Positions 7,834 through 16,529 of a stretch of 26,420 bases of DNA are shown piece after piece. The notes below the pieces were generated by a model. It had not been told where the DNA came from. It made no database searches and worked only from the letters and a program-made list of their open reading frames with translations. This DNA comes from a bacterium (lineage in GTDB: Bacteria > Patescibacteriota > Minisyncoccia > UBA6257 > GWB1-50-10). Numbering within the stretch: the first letter of the stretch is position 1; every line of letters starts with the position of its first letter. The position numbers and the translations under genes were made by a program. The stretch spans positions 1 through 26,420 of the forward strand of contig JAYSOF010000026.1 of assembly GCA_043723165.1 (NCBI GenBank), read 5' to 3'.

Positions 7834-8640
7834 CTAGGGGGCGAGCACGAAATCGAGGAGTGCCTGCTCGTACTCGAGCCCCCCTCCCTTAACAGAGATG
7901 TCGAGGTCGGCAAGCCGGACGAGATCCTGACCGCGCACGCCGTACGCAATTGAGTTGAATATACGAGCGGGAGCATCTCCCTGGAGCAAGAGCTGTTCGA
8001 GCACCGCGATACGGTCACTCACCTTCGTCCGACCGGCGAGCGTTTGAGATTCTTTGAAAACATCGAGGCGCGGAGACTGGTCGATGAACGCGAGAACATC
8101 TGCGGGTGCCACCTCCCTCGAGGTGAGGGCACACTGTTCGAGGAGTGTAGCGCCAGCCCAAGAGGCAAACCCGGAAGCCTCGGCGTACGAAGCAACCGTA
8201 CGGAACGCGGCGGGAGAAAGGTTCGCACCACGAACTTTTGCCTCGGCCTTGAGGAACGCGGTGAGCTCGGCACCCGAGAGCTCACCGAACTGCTGGACGA
8301 CGCACGGAGGTTCGAGTAAGAACTTGAAACGCGCCGGTGGTTTTAGACTCGAGTCAGAGGCGAGGATGAACGTTTTCTCTCCCGTAACGTGAGAGCGTAG
8401 CACCTTAGTCCACGCGCTCCCCTCGACCTCAGTCGGCTCACGCACAATCGCGAGCTTCGCCGAAGCGAACATGGACGGCTGAACCAAGAAGTCCCTCACC
8501 CTGAGCCACCCGTCGGGGTCGAGCGAACAGTCAGCTTCGAGCACGTCGAGGGATGGATTTTTCGTCTTGTACGAGGCAAAAAGTTCACGGAACTTTCGGA
8601 TCCGGCGGTACGAGTCTGGACCGTACAGAAATATGATCAC
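7834..8640 (-). CDS. holA: DNA polymerase III delta subunit (HolA-like)
   Basis: Start GTG 8640: (M)IIFLYGPDSYRR. QPSMFASAKLAIVR and C-terminal LADLDISVKGG match the delta pattern. Adjacent to rpsT, a common synteny. Confidence 0.8.
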   Translation of the reverse strand: MIIFLYGPDSYRRIRKFRELFASYKTKNPSLDVLEADCSLDPDGWLRVRDFLVQPSMFASAKLAIVREPTEVEGSAWTKVLRSHVTGEKTFILASDSSLKPPARFKFLLEPPCVVQQFGELSGAELTAFLKAEAKVRGANLSPAAFRTVASYAEASGFASWAGATLLEQCALTSREVAPADVLAFIDQSPRLDVFKESQTLAGRTKVSDRIAVLEQLLLQGDAPARIFNSIAYGVRGQDLVRLADLDISVKGGGLEYEQALLDFVLAP

Positions 8641-8705
8641 GAGTACAGCATATCCCCGAGAGAGCTCATTGTGTAGGGCGCCTCGCAAGTGTTACCATAA
8701 ACGCA

Positions 8706-10397
8706 ATGCGAGGCACGAAATCGATAGACGAATCGCTCGCGGAACAACGGCGGGCGGCCGAAGAACGCGACGCCGAACGGCGGGCGGTGAACCTCAAGCT
8801 CCCCTACCTCGACCTCATTTCGGTACGGGTTCCGACAGAGATAGATGCTATGGTTCTCGTGCCAGAAGCTGAGGCACGGAGCGCTAAGCTCTCCCCGCTC
8901 CAGCTCGTCCGAAAAACTATCGTGCTCGCGGTTTTTGACCCACGCCTCCCCGAAACGAAACGGGTTATTGAAAAGCTGAGCGCCACCCACACGGTTGATG
9001 TCCGAATCACATCCCTCGCCGGGCTGAGCCACGCGTGGGACTACTACCAGTACGTGACAGGTGAGACGATAAACATAACCGGGAAGATAGACCTCGATCC
9101 GAAGCGGCTCACGAGCCTGCTCGCCTCGGTCAAAACGCTCGGAGACGTGGAACGCGAGGTAAAAGATTTCAAGAGCCCGCTCACCTCCGAGCTCCTCGAT
9201 ATCGTGCTCGGCTCTGCGCTCGCGCTCCGCGCATCAGACATCCACCTCGAACCGACGGTGGGAGACGCGGTGCTCCGGCTCCGCATCGACGGTACACTCC
9301 ACGACGTGTACCGATCGTTCGGCACCCACGTGTACCACTCAATCGTTACCCGAATCAAGCTCCTCTCGAACCTAAAGCTCAATGTATCTGACCAACCGCA
9401 GGACGGACGGTTCACGTTCGGGGTAGAAGACCGATCGATTGAAGTTCGCACCTCGCTCATCCCATCAGAGTACGGCGAGTCCGTCGTCATGCGCCTCCTC
9501 GATCCACGCTCAATCTCTGTAGAGCTCTCGAATCTCGGCTGGCGTCCAGATGACCTAGCCATCGTAGAGCACGAACTCTCGAAACCAGACGGGTTGATCC
9601 TGAACACCGGTCCGACCGGATCAGGTAAAACGACCACGCTCTACGCGTTCTTGAAGCACGTCACCACCTCGGAGCTCAAGGTTATCACCGTGGAAGACCC
9701 GATCGAGTACCACCTCGCTGGAATTTCACAGACGCAGGTCGATCGGACAGCTGGGTACACATTTGCATCCGGACTCCGATCAATCCTGAGGCAGGATCCT
9801 GATGTGATCCTCGTCGGTGAAATCCGAGACGCAGAGACGGCGGAGATTGCGCTGAACGCTGCCCTAACCGGACACCTCGTTTTTTCAACGCTCCACACAA
9901 ACGACGCGGTGGGCGCAATCCCCCGCCTCATCGAGCTCGGATCGAAACCCCAGACGATCGGACCGGCACTCTCGCTCGTGATCGCCCAACGTCTCGTCCG
10001 GAAGCTCTGCGACCACTGCAAAAAAGCCCGTACGCTCACCGCGGACGAAGGAGCGGGTATCCGAGAGTTTGTGAGTAGGTTGCCGAAGCGCGTCGATCGC
10101 GCGCCATACGAAAAACCCACGCTCTTCGAGCAGGTTGGGTGTTCCCTCTGCGGGGGGATCGGGTACCACGGTCGCACCTCGATATTCGAGCTCTTTTCGG
10201 TGAGTGAAGAGGTTGAGGCAGCCATCTACAGAGACCCGACAGAAATCGAAATGAAATCCTTGGCAAAAAACCAAGGGATGACTACAATGCAAGAAGACGG
10301 AATGCTCAAGGTGATCCGCGGAATCACGGACCGAGGAGAAATTGAGAAACTCACGGGTCCCCTCGAGTGGTTACAAGATAAAAAAATCCCGAACTGA
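8706..10397 (+). CDS. pilB: Type II/IV secretion traffic ATPase, PilB/GspE family
   Basis: ASDIHLEP, LRIDG, PQDGR, Walker A GPTGSGKTT, TVEDPIEY, LRQDPDVILVGEIRD, TGHLVFSTLHTN, Zn motif CDHC...CSLC. Confidence 0.93.
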   Translation: MRGTKSIDESLAEQRRAAEERDAERRAVNLKLPYLDLISVRVPTEIDAMVLVPEAEARSAKLSPLQLVRKTIVLAVFDPRLPETKRVIEKLSATHTVDVRITSLAGLSHAWDYYQYVTGETINITGKIDLDPKRLTSLLASVKTLGDVEREVKDFKSPLTSELLDIVLGSALALRASDIHLEPTVGDAVLRLRIDGTLHDVYRSFGTHVYHSIVTRIKLLSNLKLNVSDQPQDGRFTFGVEDRSIEVRTSLIPSEYGESVVMRLLDPRSISVELSNLGWRPDDLAIVEHELSKPDGLILNTGPTGSGKTTTLYAFLKHVTTSELKVITVEDPIEYHLAGISQTQVDRTAGYTFASGLRSILRQDPDVILVGEIRDAETAEIALNAALTGHLVFSTLHTNDAVGAIPRLIELGSKPQTIGPALSLVIAQRLVRKLCDHCKKARTLTADEGAGIREFVSRLPKRVDRAPYEKPTLFEQVGCSLCGGIGYHGRTSIFELFSVSEEVEAAIYRDPTEIEMKSLAKNQGMTTMQEDGMLKVIRGITDRGEIEKLTGPLEWLQDKKIPN

Positions 10398-10543
10398 GAT
10401 CTGTGGGCAGCATTACCAGGCCGGTAACGTTTTAGTGCGATCCTAAAATACATTAGGAAACGCTTGGATCTTCCTGAGGATACTCCCAGCCGGAGCCAAG
10501 AGGTCCAATAATCTAAGAAAAGAATCCGTTTGCCCACAGGTCC
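10398..10543 (+). ncRNA. Candidate structured non-coding RNA or cis-element (unassigned)
   Basis: 13-bp closing helix gatctgtgggcag (10398-10410) / ttgcccacaggtc (10530-10542) enclosing several hairpins in a 200-nt non-coding gap. Confidence 0.4.
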
Positions 10544-10596
10544 CAAATCGGGATTCCTGTTCAATGGTAGGCAAATCCTATCACAACTATAAAAAA

Positions 10597-11619
10597 ATGT
10601 CAATAGCACCCCAAGAGGGTCCGGTAGCCTCCTCGGTTCCCCCCGAGGAGGCTGACGTTGAACTCACACTCCGCCCGACACGGTGGGATGAGTACGTCGG
10701 GCAAGAAAAAACGAAGGCAAACCTCCAGCTCATGATTGATGCTGCGAAGGGGCGCAAAGAAAACTGCGAGCACATCCTCTTCTACGGACAGCCAGGGCTC
10801 GGGAAAACTACCCTCGCGTACCTCATCGGGAGAGAGATGGGTGTTGCCGTCAAATCAACATCGGGACCGGCGCTCGAAAAAGCTGGAGACCTCGCCGCGC
10901 TCCTCTCAAACCTCGAACCGAACGACATCCTGTTCATCGATGAGGCTCACCGGCTCGCAAAACCGATTGAGGAGATTCTCTACCCGGCGATGGAGAGCCG
11001 ACGGTTGCACCTCATCGTAGGCAAGGGTCCGTCAGCCAGAACCTTTTCTCTCGACCTTCCACCATTTACGGTAATCGCAGCAACCACAAAGGCGAGCATG
11101 ATCTCCGCTCCCCTCAGGTCTCGGTTCGGCGCGACGTTCAGGCTCGAATACTACAGCACAGAAGACATCGCGAAGATCCTCGAACGTTCGGCGAGGATAC
11201 TCCGCGTCGCGATAGATAAAACAGCGCTCACCGAACTCGCCCTCGCATCACGCTTCACGCCTCGCATCGCAAACCGGCTCCTCCGCCGGACACGCGACTA
11301 CGCGCAGGTACGTCAGGGCGGAAGGGTAGATAAAGAAACTGTCGAGAAGACACTTGAGATGCTCGAAATCGACAAGCTAGGGCTCGAGCAGACCGACCGT
11401 CAGCTCTTGAGCACCATCATCACGAGGTTTCACGGTGGACCCGTTGGTATCAAATCGATCAGTGCAGCGCTCAATGAAGATCCGGACACGGTAGAAGATG
11501 TGTACGAACCATTCCTCATCAAGCTCGGGCTCTTGCACCGCGGGTCAGCTGGGAGAGTGGTAACGAAACAAGCATATGAACACCTCAATGCCGAAGGCGG
11601 TGAAAACGCGCTCCTCTAA
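10597..11619 (+). CDS. ruvB: Holliday junction branch migration ATPase RuvB
   Basis: LRPTRWDEYVGQ, Walker A GQPGLGKTT, TSGPALEKAGDL, FIDEAHRL, PLRSRFG, TPRIANRLLRR, YEPFL. Start set at ATG 10597. Confidence 0.97.
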   Translation: MSIAPQEGPVASSVPPEEADVELTLRPTRWDEYVGQEKTKANLQLMIDAAKGRKENCEHILFYGQPGLGKTTLAYLIGREMGVAVKSTSGPALEKAGDLAALLSNLEPNDILFIDEAHRLAKPIEEILYPAMESRRLHLIVGKGPSARTFSLDLPPFTVIAATTKASMISAPLRSRFGATFRLEYYSTEDIAKILERSARILRVAIDKTALTELALASRFTPRIANRLLRRTRDYAQVRQGGRVDKETVEKTLEMLEIDKLGLEQTDRQLLSTIITRFHGGPVGIKSISAALNEDPDTVEDVYEPFLIKLGLLHRGSAGRVVTKQAYEHLNAEGGENALL

Positions 11620-11635
11620 ACGGGGGTGTATTGAG

Positions 11636-12085
11636 GTGGTAACTCACACGAAGACCTGGGGTGAAACCCAAAAAATCGGTGAGGTGCTAGGCAGAGAGCT
11701 CTCGGTAATCACGAGGGGGGGCGGGTCTGCGACCATTGCCATCTCTGGAGACTTAGGAGCTGGGAAAACCGTCTTCGTACAGGGTGTTGCACGGGGAATG
11801 GGGCTCAAAGACCGAACGGTGAGCCCAACGTTCGTGCTCGCACGTGTGTACCACGGGAAGAGCGGAAACCTCGTCCACGTTGATGCGTACCGTATCGAAA
11901 ACGTTCGTGGTGCAAAAATTCTCACGGGCGGGATTCTCCGAACGCTGGGTACGGTAACGTGTATCGAGTGGCCAGAAAAAATTGCATGGTTGGTAAAATC
12001 AGATATTACCGTTTCTATCGAGCACGAGCGGGATGGGAGAAAGGTTACGGTTGCAGAGGTTCAGAAAAAAGCTCAAAGGCTATGA
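11636..12085 (+). CDS. tsaE: tRNA t6A biosynthesis ATPase TsaE
   Basis: GDLGAGKT, VSPTFVL, HVDAYR, IEW. Start uncertain (GTG 11636 chosen). Stop overlaps polA ATG (ATGA). Confidence 0.92.
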   Translation: MVTHTKTWGETQKIGEVLGRELSVITRGGGSATIAISGDLGAGKTVFVQGVARGMGLKDRTVSPTFVLARVYHGKSGNLVHVDAYRIENVRGAKILTGGILRTLGTVTCIEWPEKIAWLVKSDITVSIEHERDGRKVTVAEVQKKAQRL

Positions 12086-14445
12086 AGAAAAAATTACTCA
12101 TCGTAGACTCGCACGGTCTCATCCACAGAGCTTTCCATGCACTCCCCCCGCTCACCACACCCGAGGGAAAACCGATCGGGGCGGTCTACGGGCTCGCAAC
12201 GATGCTCGTGAAGCTCCTCGCAACCCATAAACCAGACTACGCGGTTGCAGCGTTCGATCGCCCAGAGCCTACGTTTAGGAAAGAGCGCCTCGCTGCCTAT
12301 AAAGCACAGCGCCCACCGGTAGACCCGAACCTCGTTACGCAGTTCGAGTCTGCGCGCGAGCTCACGAGGGCGCTCAACCTTCCGATACTAGACCGGGCTG
12401 GCTACGAAGCTGATGACATCATCGCGTCCCTCGTCGAACGGTTCGGAAACGATGTCGACATCGTCATCGCGAGCGGAGACCTCGATACCCTCCAGCTCGT
12501 TCGCGGAACATCTGTAACCGTGGAAACTCCGCGCAAGGGTCTCGGAGAGATAGTTACGTACGATCCAGCGGCTGTAAAAGATCGGTTTGGGATTCCACCC
12601 GAGCTAATCCCCGACTACAAAGGCCTCGTGGGCGACACGTCAGACAACATACCCGGCGTTCCCGGTATCGGACCGAAGGGAGCATCTGAACTCCTCCAAG
12701 CGTTCGGTTCGCTCGAACGGGCAATCGAAGGTGCGGATAGAACGAGGGGAGTAGGAAAAAAGCTCGCTGAAGGGCGGGAGAGCGCAGTGCTATCAAAAGA
12801 GCTAGCCACGATGGACCATACAGTACCAATCGAGGGAAACCTCGAATCGTTCCGGTACGAGAGCCCGAACCCAGAGGAGCTCGCAAAAACTCTCGAGGGG
12901 TTCGGTTTTGTGAGCCTCATAAAACGTCTCGGGTTGAGGGAGGTTGGAGAAGAGGTTGTAACCCCAAAAGAAACTGGGGCGATCATAGTGACGCCCGGCG
13001 GTAAGAGTATCGAGTGGTCATGGAAAGAAATTATACGGGCTGAGCTTCCGAAAGAAGTCCCACGGGATATCGAGGATTTATCCCTCATGGCGTGGCTCGT
13101 GAACCCAGAAGAGAATCAAAACCTCTCGTTCGGAGAAGCGTGCGCAAAATTTAAAATACCGAACCCAAACCCAGAAGCACAGCGAACAGAGCTCTGGGAG
13201 AAACTGAGCAAGGAAATCGGAGATAGGGACCTCTCTCGGGTGTACAGAAACATTGAGCTACCCCTCGTTCCGGTTCTCGCTCGGATGGAGTGGGTAGGTA
13301 TAGCGGTGAACGCAAAAAAGTTGAGCGACCTCGAAAAATCTATTGAGGGAGAGCTCGCGATCATCGAAAAAGAAATTTCCGCCGTGTCTCACGGGAACAC
13401 AAACTTAAACTCTCCGCAGCAGGTGGGAGAGCTCATCTTTGAAAAACTGGGGGTGACGCCCCGCGGGAGAAAAACTGCAACCGGAAAAATTCGAACAGAT
13501 CGTAAAGCGCTCGAAGAGCTCCGGGGCGAGCACCCGCTCATCGGTCGGCTCATCGAACACCGCGAGCACGCGAAGGTCAAATCTGGGTTTGTGACGCCAA
13601 TCCGTGAGCTCGCGGAAGCGGGGGGAGAAGTTCACACGACGTTCATTCAGAACGGAACCGCAACCGGCAGGCTCGCATCCAAACAGCCGAACATTCAGAA
13701 CATCCCGCAGGAATCACCATGGTCTCTACCGCTCAGGCGGGCTTTTGAATCCCGGGACGGCCGTTCGTTCCTCTCGTTCGATTACTCCCAGCTCGAGCTG
13801 AGGCTCCTCGCCCACGTGAGCGGAGATAAAAACCTCCTCGCAGCTTTCGCTTCGGAACGCGACATTCACACAGAGACAGCGGTACGAGTTTTCGGAGTCA
13901 ACGCGGATTCAGTCTCAAAGTCTATGCGGAGAACCGCGAAGGTTCTGAACTTCGGAGTCGCGTACGGAATGGGCCCGCGCTCGTTTGCTGAAACGAGCGG
14001 GCTCGAACTGGCTGAGGCAAAACGGATAGTCGCCGGGTACTTTGAAAACTTCCCCGGAGTCAGAGTGTGGCAAGAAAAAACGGTGCGGGAGGTTCAGGCT
14101 AACGGCTTTGTCATGAACGAGAACGGACGTAAACGCTACTTCGGAACCGAGCGGTTCCCCGGAGAGTTCGATCGGGAAGCTATCAATATGCCCATCCAGA
14201 GCCTCGAGGCAGACATCTTAAAGGTGGCGATGGTTGAAGTAGCTAAAATCGCAAAAAAACGTGGAGCAGAGCTCATTTTGTCCATACACGACGAATTGCT
14301 CTTCGAGGTGCCCGATGGTATGCTTCGAGAAATAGAGCCCCTCTTAAAGTCGGTGATGGAGTCTGCGGTAAACATCAAGACCCCGCTCATCGTTGAGGCA
14401 AAGTCTGGGAAAACGTGGGGCGATATGGAACCCGTCGGACGCTAA
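12082..14445 (+). CDS. polA: DNA polymerase I (5'-3' exonuclease + polymerase; vestigial 3'-5' exo region)
   Basis: MKKKLLIVDSHGLIHRAFHA, EADDII, GDTSDNIPGVPGIGPK, TGRLASKQPNIQNIP, motif A DYSQLELR, motif B RTAKVLNFGVAYG, motif C HDEL. Confidence 0.97.
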   Translation: MKKKLLIVDSHGLIHRAFHALPPLTTPEGKPIGAVYGLATMLVKLLATHKPDYAVAAFDRPEPTFRKERLAAYKAQRPPVDPNLVTQFESARELTRALNLPILDRAGYEADDIIASLVERFGNDVDIVIASGDLDTLQLVRGTSVTVETPRKGLGEIVTYDPAAVKDRFGIPPELIPDYKGLVGDTSDNIPGVPGIGPKGASELLQAFGSLERAIEGADRTRGVGKKLAEGRESAVLSKELATMDHTVPIEGNLESFRYESPNPEELAKTLEGFGFVSLIKRLGLREVGEEVVTPKETGAIIVTPGGKSIEWSWKEIIRAELPKEVPRDIEDLSLMAWLVNPEENQNLSFGEACAKFKIPNPNPEAQRTELWEKLSKEIGDRDLSRVYRNIELPLVPVLARMEWVGIAVNAKKLSDLEKSIEGELAIIEKEISAVSHGNTNLNSPQQVGELIFEKLGVTPRGRKTATGKIRTDRKALEELRGEHPLIGRLIEHREHAKVKSGFVTPIRELAEAGGEVHTTFIQNGTATGRLASKQPNIQNIPQESPWSLPLRRAFESRDGRSFLSFDYSQLELRLLAHVSGDKNLLAAFASERDIHTETAVRVFGVNADSVSKSMRRTAKVLNFGVAYGMGPRSFAETSGLELAEAKRIVAGYFENFPGVRVWQEKTVREVQANGFVMNENGRKRYFGTERFPGEFDREAINMPIQSLEADILKVAMVEVAKIAKKRGAELILSIHDELLFEVPDGMLREIEPLLKSVMESAVNIKTPLIVEAKSGKTWGDMEPVGR

Positions 14446-14450
14446 CTCAA

Positions 14451-15719
14451 ATGGGAAAATTTTTATCCTACGCATCAAATCCTTCGTTCCGGTTGTGGTG
14501 GGCGTTCCTCGCGACCGCGGCGTTCGGCTTCGCGGCGTGGGCAGCGTTCAGTTCAGGTCCGGGTTGGCTCTGGATCGCGACAGCGCTCGCGACAGCCACG
14601 TGGCTCGCCGCATGGTTTACAAAAACGGTGAAGTTTGTGGAGGTAGAAAATCGCGGGAATGCTGAACGCGGGCTCGTGAGTGAGGTTATCGAGCGACTAA
14701 CCGACGCGGTAATTATCTACGATGAGAACTTCACCATCACAACCATCAACGTTCCAGCGGAGCGTGCGTTCGGCATCACGAAGATCGCGGTCGAATCGGT
14801 GAAGGTTGACCCATCGTTCGTTAAGCGACCCGGACTCCGGTCATTTACCCAGGTCATGTTCCCATCTCTCGCGCCTGCGGTAACACAGGTATCAGAATCT
14901 GGAGCGTGGCCGAGCGTCGTCCGCATCGTTCTCGAAAACCCGCACCAGCAGCTCCTCGTAACCACAAACCGTTTTCCGGTAAACAACGGTTTTATAAAAA
15001 TAGTACGGGACGAAACGAGTGAGCAGACGGCTTCAAAAACGAAAGAAGAGTTCATCAGCGTCGCGGCTCACCAGCTCCGCACACCACTCACCGCAATCCA
15101 CTGGGCGCTCGAGGGAATCGTCCAATCCGCTAAGACGTCCGGAGACGGGGGCACGCTCGCGATCGCCGAAGAAGGCCTGAAGGTTTCAGAACGGTCACTC
15201 AAGATTGCGAATGACCTACTCGATGCAGCTAAAGTTGAAGAGGGGCGCTACACGGCGGTCAAAGAGAGGTTCAGCATCCGCGAGCTCGTCGAGCGGGTGG
15301 TGGGAGAAGTTCGTCCGATCGCCGCCCGGTACGGGATAGTGGTGTCGGCGAGCGTTCCTGATGGTGAGGTGACCGCAGACCAAAATGGTATCAGTATGGC
15401 CCTCTTCAACTTCATAGATAACGCGGTGAGGTACAATACCCCGAACGGAAAGGTTGCGGTCTCGGGAAGTACCGATGGCAGTACGGTAAAAATTACCGTA
15501 GCAGATACCGGGGTCGGAATACCCCAGGAAGATATCGGGCGGGTGTTTGAGAAGCTCCACCGTGGATCGAATGTGGTCCAGATGGAGCCGAACGGTAGCG
15601 GGCTCGGAATGTACATTGCAAAGAACATCATCGAACAGAACGGCGGTGCGGTAGGAGTCGAGTCGGTGGTAAATCGCGGAACCACGGTTTGGTTTACCGT
15701 TCCGCTCGTACGAGGGTAA
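14451..15719 (+). CDS. Membrane-bound sensor histidine kinase (2 TM, PAS-like, HisKA, HATPase)
   Basis: Two N-terminal hydrophobic helices. H-box AAHQLRTPLT, N-box NFIDNAVRY, G1 DTGVGIP, G2 GSGLGMYI. Start set at ATG 14451. Confidence 0.92.
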   Translation: MGKFLSYASNPSFRLWWAFLATAAFGFAAWAAFSSGPGWLWIATALATATWLAAWFTKTVKFVEVENRGNAERGLVSEVIERLTDAVIIYDENFTITTINVPAERAFGITKIAVESVKVDPSFVKRPGLRSFTQVMFPSLAPAVTQVSESGAWPSVVRIVLENPHQQLLVTTNRFPVNNGFIKIVRDETSEQTASKTKEEFISVAAHQLRTPLTAIHWALEGIVQSAKTSGDGGTLAIAEEGLKVSERSLKIANDLLDAAKVEEGRYTAVKERFSIRELVERVVGEVRPIAARYGIVVSASVPDGEVTADQNGISMALFNFIDNAVRYNTPNGKVAVSGSTDGSTVKITVADTGVGIPQEDIGRVFEKLHRGSNVVQMEPNGSGLGMYIAKNIIEQNGGAVGVESVVNRGTTVWFTVPLVRG

Positions 15720-16213
15720 TGGTTCAGAAACCGGTAATACTCGGTATCGATCCTGGTACCACCCGAATTGGCTACGGCATCGTTCGGAGGAATGGGAACG
15801 GCGTTGAACCGTTGGGGTACGGCCTCATAGAACCAACCCGTAGTAGTCCTGGGGTTGAGCTCGGGGAGGTGGCGAACGAAATCAGCAAGATCATCAAACG
15901 GTTTGAACCGTCTGTAGCCGGCGTTGAAAAGCTATTCTTTTCAAGAAATAAAACGAGCGCCATCGCGGTCGCTCAGGCGCGCGGTGTCATCATCGCTACC
16001 CTCGCGGCTCACGGGGTGCGGGTTGTTGAGCTCTCACCCGGAGAGGTGAAAGCTGGCGTCACGGGGTACGGGAACGCTTCAAAGAACGCGGTGGAGAAGA
16101 TGGTTCGAAAGATGCTCGCACTCGGAGACGAACGAATTATCGATGACACGATCGATGCGCTCGCCATCGCGGTAACTGCTTCGTACGGAGAAAAAATGCG
16201 AATTGACATTTGA
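15719..16213 (+). CDS. ruvC: Holliday junction resolvase RuvC
   Basis: ILGIDPG, VEKLFF, VAQARGV, P.EVK..VTGYGNASK, DDTIDALAIA. ATG overlaps the kinase stop (TAATG). Confidence 0.96.
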   Translation: MVQKPVILGIDPGTTRIGYGIVRRNGNGVEPLGYGLIEPTRSSPGVELGEVANEISKIIKRFEPSVAGVEKLFFSRNKTSAIAVAQARGVIIATLAAHGVRVVELSPGEVKAGVTGYGNASKNAVEKMVRKMLALGDERIIDDTIDALAIAVTASYGEKMRIDI

Positions 16214-16230
16214 ACACGTGTCGCTATACT
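16203..16230 (+). promoter_or_regulatory. Near-consensus sigma70 promoter for the small acidic gene
   Basis: TTGACA (16203-16208), 16 nt spacer, TATACT (16225-16230). Confidence 0.75.
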
Positions 16231-16284
16231 GTCCCCAAACTTAAACACCGCGGAACGGTCAACCGCAAAATCAAGAACAAAAAT

Positions 16285-16467
16285 ATGGCTCCAAAAGCAA
16301 ACGACGATTTAAAAAACTTCATCCCTTCAGATTACGGAATATACAACGATGACGGGGGAAATGTACACGAAGAAGATTTGGGAGAGGTGGGTGAGGACTA
16401 CGCGGGAGCGCCCGTCATACCAGCAGAAGACACCCCCGAGGTTGAGGAAGTTGAAGCTGAGTACTAA
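16285..16467 (+). CDS. Small, very acidic hypothetical protein (60 aa)
   Basis: MAPKANDDLKNFIPSDYGIYNDDGGNVHEEDLGEVGEDYAGAPVIPAEDTPEVEEVEAEY. Own promoter upstream and terminator downstream. Confidence 0.7.
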   Translation: MAPKANDDLKNFIPSDYGIYNDDGGNVHEEDLGEVGEDYAGAPVIPAEDTPEVEEVEAEY

Positions 16468-16481
16468 AAAGAGAAAGAATG

Positions 16482-16512
16482 AGAACCCCACCTTGAATGG
16501 TGGGGTTCTTTT
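16482..16512 (+). terminator. Intrinsic terminator after the small acidic gene
   Basis: agaaccccacc, loop ttgaat, ggtggggttct, then ttt. Confidence 0.85.
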
Positions 16513-16529
16513 AGGTTACCGTTAAGGTA

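Noticed and set aside
10455-10490. GAAAC and CUGAGGA resembling a hammerhead ribozyme core
   Set aside because: Only 12 nt separate the two elements, too few for stems III and I with a cleavage triplet, and no downstream GAAA completes another topology.
10395-16213. UGA recoding (genetic code 25) as in Gracilibacteria/Absconditabacteria
   Set aside because: TGA cleanly ends pilB, tsaE and ruvC at expected lengths, and no conserved gene is interrupted by in-frame TGA.
16285-16467. Specific claim that the acidic protein is a Ugi-like inhibitor of the UDG at 1-365
   Set aside because: The genes are 16 kb apart, I see no similarity to Ugi, and Ugi targets family-1 UNG. Kept only as a generic DNA-mimic hypothesis.
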